This document shows positions 1 to 12,973 of a stretch of 64,000 nt of DNA, one piece after another. Location of the stretch: contig OX597828.1 of the NCBI GenBank assembly GCA_951406725.2, forward strand, positions 56,916,001 to 56,980,000, given 5' to 3'. The notes beneath the pieces were generated by a model, which worked only from the letters and a program-made list of their open reading frames with translations, was not told the DNA's origin and searched no databases. The stretch is from Octopus vulgaris (lineage: Eukaryota). Position 1 is the stretch's first letter. Each line of letters opens with the position of its first letter. A program made the translations under genes and the position numbers.

Positions 1-1039
1 TTGTGTAGAATATTCTTTGGCGGTTAAATATGAAGGAAAGAAAAATAAATAATCTCCAATATGTACTTTGGATGTAAATGAAGAACCTGGAGTAAAAAAC
101 TAACGCAACTTGTATCGAAACAATAAAAAAAGTAGGTTATATCAAAGACAAGCATCAAAATTTACATACCTGTTGACAAATATTGTGTTGATGATAACTG
201 TCTACAAATTAAGTATTTCGAAGAGTGTCAGAAAAATATCGGAATCTGTTTTTCGTTGCAGTATAGATTGCTTTTGGAATACGAGAATATATTTTCACTT
301 AAAAGACAAAACAAAAAAAAACAACAAAATCTGAGCACGATTCATGTTATAGATCCTAACATTCTCTAAATTAGACCACTGTATTTCAGAACTCCGATGT
401 AAGTTTTCTTTGTATGGTATTTGTAATCTGTATTTTAGCACAATAATGTGTCCCATGTAAAGAGTAGCATTCGTGATCTTTACAAATAAATTTACGTCTG
501 CTAGGATGTATTTGATTAACTATATAGAAGCAAAAGCGCAGATTTTTGTAATGCTATTAAATAATAAGATTATATTCAGTTATGTTTTAGAAATAAGTTT
601 GTAAATAATTTGTATAGATGAATCTATGCAACATGACAAGCTTTTGTGCCCATCTACACAATTTGTTCACAACGCTTTGACAATACGAATAAAATACATA
701 CTAGATTTAAAAGTATATGCAGGGACGATAATATGTATTAAAATCGAACGGCGGTGCTCCAACACCACTTGCGACCATATTCGTGAAACAAGGAAGAATA
801 AAAGGCATAATACAGAATGTTCAAAAATTCTCTCTGCAGTGAATTTTCTTTTCTCCAAGATGAATTTCAAAACATGTGTAGAAGAATCAACTTATGTACT
901 GAAAATGAAGGACAACACTTATACGATCCTATAAATATTCATTTTGCAATAATGTACTTCCTGACGAAGGACATTTTTGTACACCCTATCAAAAAACTAA
1001 TGTTGCCTACGTTGCCTGGTGAAGGACTAATCCATTACA

Positions 1040-1193
1040 TTGAATCCAGTGTTTCGCTGGTACTTAATTATCAACCGCGAAGAGAAGAAAGGCGAAATCG
1101 ACCTCCGCAGAATGTTGAACACGAAACATAGCAACGGGCAAAATATTTACTCGATATATTTTAGCGGCCTAATGTTTCTGCCAGCTCACCGCC
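1040..1193 (-). mobile_element. tRNA-derived octopus-type SINE (decayed); second partial copy at ~1255-1336
   Basis: Head GGCGGTGAGCTGGCAGAAAC and the shared gtcgatttcgcctttc core on the minus strand. Confidence 0.65.
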
Positions 1194-2293
1194 ATAAAAG
1201 AATACAATAAACCATTCTAGTAAAAATATAAGAACTGAAAATTAGGGGAGGAATACTCGATTACAACGAAACCAGTATTCAACCGATACTTAAGCATTTT
1301 GTCCGGCAGCGAACGATTCTGCTATTTCGCCGCCTTAAAAGAATACAATAATATTACCAGAATCACAACATGACCACGTATTATTGATGCAAAAACTTGT
1401 TACCTGAATTTTGAAATCTAAGCAGGCATATAAAGAAATTTAAAATATTTTGGTCCTATCAGTGCTTTTCAACCGCTTATTGTATATCATTATTTATTGG
1501 TCTTATCACATAGTAGGAAATAGATTTCTTTTTCAAACGTATCAATAAATTCCACACTAGAAATATTACGTAACTTCGTTAGAGATGTTTGCAAATATAA
1601 CGCTATCTTTTTAAATCTTGGTTTATAATAAACATATGTAATGATACAGTACATGCATTTGATTAAAGAATGATTCACGTACAAATATTATGAAATATGT
1701 GTGTGACACTTGTACGTGGAAATGAAATCTATTATTTCTAGAAAGTAATAGGACAGCAATGCAGCAGTATCGTTCGTACGCCAAACAAAACGCCCATTGG
1801 CATTTTCCCATCTAGACGCTCCGAAACAATGTGAATTGTGACTTTCATAATTTTTGAGATCGATCAAACAGTACCAGTTAAACGCTAGAGTTTCTGTCAC
1901 CCACGTCTTCCGCATTTCAAAACTGCTGACCTTTTGCCATAAGTTTAAACCATTATTTATTCAAGATTATAAATTGTATACATATAGATTTATATTGAAG
2001 AGCATATGAAATATGTGTAAGTGAATGTGACATCAGATATAGATGACTATATTTGAACAGAGTGAATAGAAAATACAAAACTAGTTCAGGAAGACCCTTC
2101 ATTATTTTAGCGCTACAATGACTATAAATAATGGAGGATTTGTCTGGATACTTTCTGACTAAATAAATATATATGTCGTAATAGCCTTTGCAAATATCAG
2201 ACAATAATATGTTTCAAGAGGTATGACTATTGCATACCACCAGTTAATAACTATGAATGACATTAGAACAATTGATGTTTTATTGAACATACG

Positions 2294-2295
<2 letters not shown>

Positions 2296-2366
<71 letters not shown>

Positions 2367-2407
2367 TGTGTGTGTGTGTGTTTAAATATATATATTTATA
2401 TATATAT
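2296..2407. repeat. (TA)n(TG)n microsatellite, representative of many in the window (e.g. ~8450-8710, 10450-10517, 15705-15870, 23280-23372, 30945-31110, 33960-34095, 35270-35345, 48420-48500, 50740-51010, 54600-54910, 60670-60785)
   Basis: Direct reading; these repeats produce the [12 protein letters not shown] spurious ORFs. Confidence 0.97.
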
Positions 2408-2514
2408 GTCTCTATAACGGGAAGATTTACGAAAATAAACAAAAGACGAAGGCATGTGGCATACAAACAAACAAACGTATTAGTATGGCGCTCAGGAATA
2501 GAAATAGAACAAGT

Positions 2515-2550
2515 TTTTTACGTTTCGAGCCTGCGCTCTTCGACAGAAAG
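2515..2550 (-). ncRNA. Degenerate minimal hammerhead-like motif (Penelope pLTR-type fragment)
   Basis: Minus strand CTTT-CTGTCGA-A-GAGC-GCAG-GCTC-GAAAC-GTA-AAAA; core deviates from CUGANGA. Confidence 0.4.
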
Positions 2551-3301
2551 ATTCACAGAAAAGAAACCAGGAAAGAAATATATATATATATGTATATATA
2601 TATATATTACACAGTTTCCAAAACGTATAAGTGACCGATATCATAACACTCCACTAGAATGGAATTCTAATGAGCATCAGTGTCCCTTCTTTAGGATCGA
2701 GTGTACTCGTGAATTATGAAAAAAAAGGATTGCTTTACGAACACAACGCCCAAAATTAGGGCATTTTAATGTATCGAAACATTAGTACTTATCACTAAAT
2801 GACAACATGTCTGAAAATAAAAGTTCTATGATGCGATGGAATTGGCATGATGGGACATGTTTTTATGTGGTTTTATGGGCGTATATGTGTGTAGAATTTT
2901 GCAAGAGTGAAAGACTCCGGTCGTAGGGGAGTAGAGATTTGAACTGTTATGGTTTGTATGTATGCTTTCGTGTGTGACGTGGTAAGCGGGGATTTAGGAT
3001 TTAGGATTGAGCCCGACTATGTCTGTTTGAAGAGAAACACAGAAAGTGGTTTTGAAGTCTAGGCCTGCGTATGACACGGTATTGTATAGAATTAGTGCAT
3101 GAAAAATGGAACATAAAGCGATAATGGATGGGCGTTCAATGAAGGGAGACAAAAAAATAAGACAAGATTAGTTCCTTGGATAAGCGTGGCAACCTTGTCA
3201 AGTTGCTTTTCTGTAAATCATGTGCCCAGTGTAGATTTGAATGTACAATAAATGTCTTAGAATCATTTCCTTGTTTTAGCAAACTCTTTAATTAATTATC
3301 A

Positions 3302-3691
3302 TCTCTCTATATATAAACGGCAAAATGTTTGTCTGTTTGTGTGTGGGGGTGTCCTTCTTACAAATCCACAATTTTTCAGTTAGAGTCCTCGCACTTTCTA
3401 TGATCATTCAAAACCGTCCAAGGGTGGTCGTGCACATCTTTACATTTCCCCAGTCACCACGCAAAGCCATTAAAAACCAATAGAAGTGACTTTTTTGTGA
3501 ATTTTCTATCGAAAACCCTATCAAAATGCATGAAACGTGATACGCTAATTGAATGCCAGCTAGCTGTATGTGATTGGTCGGAGATTTGGACAGTACTCGC
3601 GTGTAAGTGTGCACGCAGCTGTATATGCACGCACTAGCACTATGACCCGGCGTATAGGATATAAAGTGAGTGACATGATGTCGACTACTAG
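3302..3691 (+). mobile_element. Non-autonomous Helitron-like element (older)
   Basis: 5' TC..TATATATAAACGG start similar to the 22688 copy; ends in CTAG; subterminal hairpin degraded. Confidence 0.45.
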
Positions 3692-4465
3692 CTTTATATT
3701 GAATGCATATATTTTATACATAAAATCCAATGTGCATCACTATTTTCTTTTATGCTTTTGCGGTGCCTAAAACGAGGAGATATTTAATAATGATTTCGAA
3801 ATAAACTATTTTGAATATATTCAAAGGACAGATCCGTCTTTGCCAAATTCATCATCCTTCTTTTATTTATTTTGTATTATTTAGATTTAAATGTTATAAT
3901 TTAATGTAGCATAGTATGTCAAACTTGAGGTGAAGAAAGATCTGTTGTTTTACAAAATTATTTTAAAAGCGTACGGGACATTGTGCAAAAAGCCGGTGTA
4001 TTCGAAATTCACTTGTCTGCGTCAACTCTTCAAATGGTTCTTAGATAAAACAGAGAATGTATGTGCATTGAGTTAGGTTTTTGTTAGTAACTTCTGCTTC
4101 GCTTACGTGCGCAGGTTGTTGTAGTTGCTCGACATAGTCTGATTGTTTCTCTGTGTTTGCAAAATTGCAGGAAAGCGTCTGAAAAGATGTTCACCACATC
4201 TGAGGGAAATACCATTAGGTGAGAGGTTCGAACTCGTTAAATCTTGATTTATGTTCAAAACTGGCGGATATAGGCGTAAACGATAAGGAAAGGAAATAAC
4301 TCTTGATGTCGTTTTGTTGAATTATAAATTTAGCTGAGAAGGTATATTTTGAATGAAATTTTGTTTTAAATATGTGTGTACGCAGGGTCTGCATTGCCTC
4401 TCTGATGCCTTATTATTTTTCATTATGTAATAGAAAAGTATCAGACTACTCGTTTCTGTGTCTTA

Positions 4466-5614
4466 CTAAAAACTCGACACAGCAAAAAATATATAAAATA
4501 CTAAAAGGAATATAACAATTGTTGACAAAAATATTTTGTCTAGCTTCTGATAGTTTATAAAATGTCTTTGAGAAATATTTACATCTCTTACTTCAATATT
4601 CTGTTCATCTGAGGTTTCTATGACACCAACCTTATTTCTGGATCCTTTGGATTCTCGTGTAATTTCTGGAGTTAAATTGATGTCTGCTCCAGTCTGTTGG
4701 GCATAAAGTTTACACACAAATACCGCCTCGATAGAGGAACATCCACTGACAAATGTCAGAATCAAAAGATATATCAGATATAAAGAGGGATCCTGTGAAT
4801 TATTGCCCAATATTTTTTCAGTTTCAGAAAGGAAAACGATGTTTGTAAGAAAAATAGTTATTGCAGCACAAACTTTCTCTCCAGATGCAGCTGGCAATAA
4901 ATGAACGGAAAGGATCAATAATGTTAACATTATTGGGGGTATAATTTTTGTTATTGTTGCACTGCTAACCTTTCTCTTGCCGTGAAGTGTAAGACCAACT
5001 GCTATAACATCCTTAGTTTCCTTCTCAGTCTCAGTAAAAGTGAAATCCCATTGATTTGATTTAGCTTTCAATTTTATATCAAAATCAAAATCCTCTATAA
5101 TTACGTCCATAAATATCTGATGGTCAAGGCAAACAGATACATCACATTCGTGCACATCAAAAGGATAATATTTAACGTTAATCCTGCAGTATATTTTAAA
5201 TATTTTGTCTATATGTAAGTGAACGAACCCATCTTGTTTGACAGTGACTTCCTTGAACGGATCGAAACTGAAATCACCTGATACGGTATTACATATTTGA
5301 ATATTGGGATACCAAATTTCAGATAAGTAAGCCTCTCTATGTATTTGTGTAAATATTGAATCATTCCACTTCAGATTATTATCCTGCCATTTTATGCCGA
5401 GATTCAGATGACTTACGAGAATACCTTGCTTCATGTCTAATTCCAGAATATTCTTTATGACAAGTGTCACATATAGGCCTAATTCGGTTTCATTCGCAGC
5501 AACAGGTGTCATTTTTTTATCATAGCCTTTGTTATATTCACCTTCCATGTAATAATAATCTTCTGTAGAAGCGCTTCCAATTGATATAACAATTAAGGCA
5601 ACTATCAATTTCAT
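4466..5614 (-). CDS. Cephalopod chemotactile receptor-like Cys-loop ligand-gated ion channel subunit (atypical nAChR-like), paralog 1, 382 aa, intron-free CDS
   Basis: Uninterrupted ORF. Likely start is the ATG at 5614 (MKLIVALIVISIGSAS signal peptide), not the TTG at 5674. Contains WYPNIQICN, Cys-loop C-x13-C (CRINVKYYPFDVHEC), M1 IIPP, SGEK before M2, four hydrophobic TM segments; no vicinal Cys in loop C. Confidence 0.93.
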   Translation of the reverse strand: MKLIVALIVISIGSASTEDYYYMEGEYNKGYDKKMTPVAANETELGLYVTLVIKNILELDMKQGILVSHLNLGIKWQDNNLKWNDSIFTQIHREAYLSEIWYPNIQICNTVSGDFSFDPFKEVTVKQDGFVHLHIDKIFKIYCRINVKYYPFDVHECDVSVCLDHQIFMDVIIEDFDFDIKLKAKSNQWDFTFTETEKETKDVIAVGLTLHGKRKVSSATITKIIPPIMLTLLILSVHLLPAASGEKVCAAITIFLTNIVFLSETEKILGNNSQDPSLYLIYLLILTFVSGCSSIEAVFVCKLYAQQTGADINLTPEITRESKGSRNKVGVIETSDEQNIEVRDVNISQRHFINYQKLDKIFLSTIVIFLLVFYIFFAVSSF

Positions 5615-6260
5615 GATGAATAATTGAATGGAAATATTCCGCTTTATTCCTCCCTTGGATGTTAAACGTCTCAATGTCTCAAAGTACGTATATTATGCAC
5701 TTCTGAATATTTCCTTAATATATTTGGAAGCACAGGATTTTTTAACAGGTGCTGTTAAATAAAAGTATTGTCAAACAGATTGTTTATGGGATATATAAGC
5801 GTTGTATATAATTTCTCTAGAAATTTATAAAATAAGTTTAAATTAGCTTGCCTTTCCTCTGACGGTCTATGTTTATGAAATGGAAACAGAAGGTGGTTTA
5901 TATATTTCAGCATGCCAGATCGGTGTAGCAGTATAGATTATATTCAAATGTCTGAAGCAATGTTGATGATTTCCGGGCGTGCCTAGCAGTGTTGTATTTT
6001 AGTATTAACTTCTGTACTTAAAAGCCTTTAAATAAAGTATACTATTTCTTTTTAGTCTGCCCCTCTCTACCTACCTTTCTCTTTATTCCTCTCTATCTAT
6101 CTTTCTTCCTCTATTCCTCTCTGCCTCTCTTAGTCTGTGTCTCTCTTTCTCTCTCACTGTCTCTCTCTGTCTCTCTCTCTCTCTCACTCTCTCTTTCCCT
6201 CTCTTTGTCGAATAAATCTTTTATCCTTTTCTTATATATAATATGTCATTTGAGACAGTT

Positions 6261-6309
6261 AAGTGTTAGTTTTCCCAAAAGGTTAAACATGATCGGACAC
6301 GCCGAAATT
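6261..6309 (-). promoter_or_regulatory. Conserved upstream motif of the CR unit (paralog 1)
   Basis: aagtgttagttttcccaaaaggttaaacatgatcggacacgccgaaatt; 43/49 identical to 28631-28679. Confidence 0.55.
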
Positions 6310-6588
6310 ATCTAGTATTGTTTGGTTAAACACAAAAACAATAATTAAACTTGTTGCTAACCACTGGCTGTTAATCAATTCATATTGAACGGTAGTTAGT
6401 TGTGAGCACGAGTCTTTATTTAAGATCTTAACTTTCACTTTTTTACTCGCTCACACTGCTGATTAAAAATTTCGCCTATTGTACTATTATAATGCTCAAC
6501 GTTTCACCTTCAGTATCAAAGTGACTGATACGTTGGGTGCATTCGATAAACAATATATATGTATGTATATATATATATATATATATAT

Positions 6589-6916
6589 TGATACGAGCAG
6601 GTCAGCTGGGAAGCAACTGCCTTGACCTACTTTGCTTGAGGTGGAGACTGGAAGTCTACAATGTAAAGTTAATGTCCTTTGTTCTGTCGATTCACGAAAG
6701 AGTGATGGCTTTTCGAAAGACCCCTGTCCTTTTGCCGGTCAGGGAAGGGTCAAGGAAACTACCCTATCAAAAAGGAGGAGGTGTGAGCCTGTAAGTTCAG
6801 TTCGGCCGGAGAAATTGAGGTGGTAACAAGGCAGATGCGATTACGAAGGAAGCGGTCAGTTGAGAAAGACAGACACACAATCATGAGAGATGACAGGCGA
6901 GATAGTGACAGTGACA
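6589..6916. mobile_element. Truncated LTR-like fragment related to the 53351-54459 solo LTR
   Basis: Shares ttgacctactttgcttg.ggtgga...aagtcta.aatg.aaagtta and aagagtgatggctttt with ~53380-53465. Confidence 0.55.
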
Positions 6917-9326
6917 TTCTTTGTTTTAATACTTGAAGATAACCATGGGTAGAACATTCATCTGCAGGGGGGAGCCACTCTGTAGTTTCTATTTCATTAG
7001 TTATATAGAATTAAATGTATATTTTCGAGCAATGCTATAACATGATAATACGATAACACACCATAAGTTTAGTCATAGCCTTTCCTGTTCTATAATATTG
7101 ATGTGCAGATACGTGTAGTACTGCATACCTAACTTTAGGATCCTGGCGTGCCCTCTAATGTTTTGTAGAGTTGTTGTTCTTTTTCTATTGCTCTCAATGA
7201 AATTTTAGCATACGGATTTGATTAATGGAAAAGCATTCAAGCAGTATCGTATGAGTGTATTATAAATGCGTTATATACCTACAGTTATATCCACAACTAC
7301 ATATGAACCTCTTCCCACTTCAGTAGCTTTCGAGTGTAATTTCGGTAGGAAACTCTGTGGCTGATAGTGCGGCTTCAGTTTATGACATTTACGTTGAATA
7401 TGATTCCGTTTCAAGCAGTTTCTAAATGATGAAGCAGATCTGTGTGAATCAAGTTATTCAATTAATGTAACATGCAAAAGCTATATTGCAGAAAAATTTT
7501 GTATACATCTGCGCTATAATATGCATATGTCTGTCGAATCGACTTGATTTAAAAGGAAGTATAAAATGGAATCGTTAGCGAAATATAGTAAAATACAGTG
7601 TTTATCGTTGAAATTACACCAGCTTAAATTATTGTTACATGCAACAATTTGTATGCATTTCGAAACAGAAGAAAGCACTGGAAGGCTTAATCTTTTGTAA
7701 GCTTCCAGGTACAATGCAGTGCAGACAACCAGAAAGGAAATGCATAGAGCTCGTCCTAGAATTAGTGGGTGATATTTTGAATGACTACTTATTGTAATTC
7801 TGCAGTAAATTCTTTGAAAATAATACTAAGTTATCAGGTGATGCTGACTGGTTTTAAATCTAGATAGGCCATATGCATTCTAAGACGGCTGATATTGAGA
7901 ATTGAAAATAAATGGATACAGAAAGCTGAATTTCACATATTATGAACTCCTCCTTTTTCTTTTCAGAAAGAGTTCGATGTATTGATGAAGAGTTCAACAG
8001 CATTGAAAGCTGTAGTTGGGAAGATATTAGCTGATATGATGGATTGCATACCATCTAAATATTGGAAAAGTTTGATCGGTATGTTAAGTATTAGCGCCGG
8101 CTATCAAAATGCTGACATTATGGCCGCTCTCCTCAGACATAACAGAATATGCTTCAACACACGAACTCACATAAAGAGTCTTGCAAACCAAATCGAAAAA
8201 TAAATATACGTCAAATTTAGCACAAAAAATTTACGTCAAATTTAGCCCAAATTTGAACTGTTGAAAAAAGTAAAAACAAGTAGTAAAAAAAATCAAACAA
8301 CGATGGTGATAATGAAAAAATATCATCTGTTGAAATATGTGATATATAAAAAGAAAAAAAATCTTTCTATATCTTAATATACAAATGTAAGAATTCTCTC
8401 TTTTGTTTTTATATATACAATTATACATCTTAAACTTCTAACAATGTATGTATATGTTTATACATTCTTATGTTCATGTAGATGTATGTATATGTGCAGA
8501 CACATTTGTATGTTTATATGCATGTTGGTATATGTGATCGTATATATGTATGTATGCATGTATGTGTATTTGCATGCATGTACTTGTGGGTATATATGTG
8601 GGTGTATATGTGTATGTGCATGTATGTATATATGTGTGTGTATATGTGTATATATATGTGTATATGTATGTGTGTGTATGTATATATATAGATATGTATT
8701 TATGTATGTATATCTATATCAAACATTGAATGCTAAAACCCACAGAGAGTGCCAAGATAAAAGTGGACACAAAAGTTTCTTTATTTTTATATTTTAGATT
8801 TTCTTTTATTTTTTCCCTTCCTTTCTTTCTTATATTCAGGGACATACAGTGCATGTATGTTTGAATGTTTATGAAAACAAGCACACATACAATAAGTTCC
8901 TCCATATATAAATATATATATATATAAATATATATATATATAGATATATAGATATATAGATATATAAATGTGCGTGTGTGTATTTGTATGTAAGGGTATA
9001 TGTGTGTGTGTGTACATAGCAACACTCCTACCATTGAAAAACAAACCCTCTTTTTCCTTCTCTCTTTCCATTTCTTACAAAGGTCATCTCAAAAGTACAA
9101 AAGGACACAAAAGGAAAGAAACGAAAAAGAGAAAAAAATGTTTTTAAAAACGCACCCTTATTCTCTTTCATTCAGGTTCTCCATCCCTCTATTTCCCTAT
9201 CGCTCCCCCTCTCTCTGTCTCTTTCACCTTCGCTCTCCCTATATTTCTCATTATATACACACACACTCTCTCTCTCTCTCCCCACTTCATTCACCCATAA
9301 TATAAACACAGGCATATATATATATG

Positions 9327-9364
<38 letters not shown>

Positions 9365-9371
9365 TATAGGG

Positions 9372-10443
9372 AATAAATATTAGGGAATAAATCCAAACTT
9401 ACAGGGGAAAATCAGATTTAGGATTGAATCCAATTTTATAGTAAAATATTATATTATACTAAATTAGAGACACAACCACTATTAGGCAAATCAAACAATG
9501 AAAGACTTAAGCCAATACATAAATTTAGTTCATTGTTTAAAACTCGCCAAGAAAAGTACGTATCTTTTAAGATCTTCAAATTGTTAATTTTTAATATTGT
9601 ATAAGCCTTAGGAGTAATAATATTCTCCTTATGTAAATATTGTTGTTTATGTAATGATCTAATTATCGTAATTTTCTATGTTATTAGATATTAAATAATT
9701 TAGATAAACTTTGATAAAATTAGATATGTTTCGACTAAAGATGGTCTAGGTCATGTCTAATTTAATAGGATAATTTATATTAGATAATTATTCCCATTCA
9801 TAATTATGTTTATAGTACTTATAGTATTTATTTAATACTATATTACTAAGAATGGAATATTTCTATAAGTATTTTACATAAGATTTCTAAAGTCAGTTTA
9901 AGTTAGTTTATTTGTATTTTGAAATTAGCTATTTCATCTTTAAATATGAAAAATTAAATATATTAGGTTTTCATTATATACAATTGTTTATAGAGATTAT
10001 TTTAGATCTTGATTATAAGATTTATATATATTTTCATTGATAATTTATATATATTAGTCATTTTAAATATCTATGTAATTAGATATAGACTAATATTGAT
10101 ATTAGAATATGGGTTTTCTACCTTATAAATTAAAGTTAATATTTAACATTATAGTCGATCTCGATATAATCATATTTAATAATAGAGTTTATTATAAGTA
10201 AATTATTATTTTAGATTATATATATTATTTATATCTTAAAAATATTGATTATATTTTAGATTTTGAAACCACCTGATGAATGTCTGCGACTCAAAAATTT
10301 GATGACAGAAGACAGGAAACGATCGTAGTGGATATTAATTATATTTTTTAATAATTGTTACACATTTAAATAATATAAATTAATTTATGTATTGGCTTAA
10401 GTCTTTCATTGTTTGATTTGCCTAATAGTGGTTTTGTCTCTAA

Positions 10444-10450
<7 letters not shown>
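9372..10450 (+). mobile_element. Penelope-like element remnant with inverted pseudo-LTR ends, set in (TA)n
   Basis: ~9457-9525 is the reverse complement of ~10383-10450; hammerhead motif just inside the right end; related end fragments at 11705-11858 and ~58545-58578. Confidence 0.6.
10269..10331 (+). ncRNA. Minimal type I hammerhead ribozyme motif (Penelope-like element associated)
   Basis: CCAC-CTGATGA-a-TGTCT...AGACA-g-GAAAC-GATC-GTA-GTGG: stem I CCAC/GTGG, intact core boxes, palindromic stem III ACGATCGT, GUA cleavage triplet. Confidence 0.7.
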
Positions 10451-10518
<68 letters not shown>

Positions 10519-11856
10519 GGGGAGAAAGAGAACGGGTGTGAAATAAAGAGTGTGAGGAAAAATAAAATAATAGTCCTATAAAATTTAAAAGTTTATTTTT
10601 TTAAATCGAAAACCGTCAGCTAAATTGTGAGTAGCAGATGGCAATGTCCTAAAAACTACCACCCTCAGCTTACAGAACGGCCTCAAGTCGGCTTCGGAAT
10701 TTCGCAGACAGTGCGACAGGTATCCTTCTCAAATACGCCCTACACATTATAATGCGTGTGATACAATCGGGGAAATAGGATGTCCAGAAATTTAGGCCGG
10801 TGAAGTAGTAGAGATTCCCGGACACATGATTTTTTCTGGAGGTCTATTAAAGAGCCGAATCCTCGTGTCACACATATGGGCTTTCAATAGCCACCATCTC
10901 ACCAGTAACAGTTTTGCTATAGACATCAGCAGCTTCATGTAGCCGTCGACTGAAAGCACACACAAAGGCGATCAAAATTTGCGAAACTTAATTTTCATGA
11001 TGACTAAGTCACGTCTTATAAACTTTGAATTGGTCACGAAGCATTGAGCAGCGGACATAATGTCAGCATTTTGATAGCCGGCGCTAATACTTAACATACC
11101 GTTCAAACTTTTCCAATATTTAAATGTTATGAATTCCATCATATCTGCTAATATCTTCTAATATCTTTCTATGCTGTTGAACTCTTCATCAATACATCTA
11201 ACTCTTTCTGAAAAGAGAAAGGAGGGGGTTATAACATGTGAAATGTAGCCCAAACACACTTTACGTTTCTATTTATTTTCAATTCTTACATCAGCCGACT
11301 TAGAATGCATATGGCCCATTTTGATTTAAAACCAATGAGCATCACCTGCTGACTTATTTTCAAAGACTTTACTGCAGAATTACAATAAGTAATCAGTTAA
11401 AATATCACCCACTAATTCTAGGACGAGTTCTATGCATTTCCTTTCTGGTTGTCTGCACTACAGTTACCTGGAAGCCTACATAAGAATAAGCCTTCTAGTG
11501 TTTCTGTTTCGAAATGCATCAAAATTGTTATATGTAACAATAATTAAACCTGGTGTAATTTCAATGATACACACTTTATTTTACTATTTTCGCTAACGAT
11601 TCCATTTTATTCTTCCTTTTAAACCAAGGCGCTTCAAAAGACATATGCAAATTATAGCATAGATGTATACAAATTTTTATATAAATTTTAATTTATATAA
11701 ATTATTTTATGTATTGACTTAAGTCTTTCTTTGTTTGATTTACATAATAGTGGTTTTGTCTCTAATATAATATAATATAATATTTTACTATAAAATTGGA
11801 TTCAATCCTAAATCTGATTTTTCCCTGTAAATTTGGATTTATTCCCTAATATTTAT

Positions 11857-11908
<52 letters not shown>

Positions 11909-12399
11909 GTATTTATATATGTATATATATCAGGTTAACTCTGGTGTCCTCGCACTTAAGTTTCTCATTACACATTAACAAAACAAGGAAACAATGATAC
12001 ATGTCAATGATACAAGCAATGAATCATGCTTTGTTTGCAATAGATATGATGGAAAATAGATCAGTAGTAACATTCTAAATTTCCATGAATTTATTTAAGA
12101 ACAGATTTAGAGTTGCATTCCACGAGCTTTTTAGTCATTTTTAGGAGAGGCAGCCACAATTGCCCTATATCATTGTAAGTTTCCTATAGCATTAATATAT
12201 ATCTTATAATGTGACCTGCACACATTTCTTATTCTAGATGGAAGGAGAAGGTTTGGACAGCATTTTGAACATCCCTATTACTGATTGTCACATCTGACAT
12301 GTTTCCAGAATGCAATCGGGACATGAAAACAATTTGGAAGTCCGATACACAGTAAGAGTTTGTTTGTTTTTTTAACTTGGCGAACACTTTACAGAAACA

Positions 12400-12973
12400 C
12401 ATGGAGCGCTGAAGACCGCTTATGTATTAACTTTCATGAACCGAGAAACTGTTTTTCGCTGGCACAAGAGGTCATGAAAAGCAAGTCCACCAGGAATCTT
12501 ATGATGGATCACTTCTTTGGCAGTAAAGGAATCATCTACATCCACTGGATTCCGTCTAGCCAAGCAACCAACAAGGAATTTCTTTTGGGATTTGAGGAAG
12601 TTCAGGGAGATATTTCATCGAAACAGTCCACAGAAACTGCACCAGAACAATGCGCCAGTACAAAATTCCGTTTGGTAACCAACTACTTAACTGAGATGAG
12701 CAGGAAAATACTCCCTTCCTATCGCTCTACACCATTTGGTCCCTATGATGTCAGGATGTTCGCCAGACTCACGGTGAAGATGACAGAGACTGTTTCAAGG
12801 ATCCTGGATAGCTTCAATTTGGAGGACTTTCAGGACGTAGCTGGAACGCTGCAACTATTGCAATGACGTCAGTGAAGCCTACTTTCAAGAGCATTGGAGT
12901 ATTTAAACACTTTGAAATTAATAAAAGCCTGTCCTGAAAAAGGAATGTCTAGACTTCTTGAATGCACCTTGTA
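12400..12973 (+). mobile_element. Decayed mariner transposase 3' fragment
   Basis: Translation HFFGSKGIIYIHWIPSSQATNKEF resembles mariner FFDxxGIxxxxxxPxGxTVN; ends in a TIR-like ttcttgaatgcaccttgta. Confidence 0.55.

Larger units (their letters stand above)
7494..11678. repeat. Diverged inverted duplication, arms ~7494-8128 and ~11050-11678
   Basis: e.g. gtgcagacaaccagaaaggaaatgcatag (~7720) and ggtatgttaagtattagcgccggctatcaaaatgctgacattatg (~8080) occur as reverse complements near 11430 and 11060-11100. Confidence 0.9.

Noticed and set aside
5615-5674. N-terminal ORF extensions of paralog 1 (TTG start) and paralog 2 (27877-27975)
   Set aside because: Equivalent regions in paralogs 3 and 4 contain in-frame stops, and the signal peptide starts at the aligned MK/MQ Met; most likely 5'UTR.
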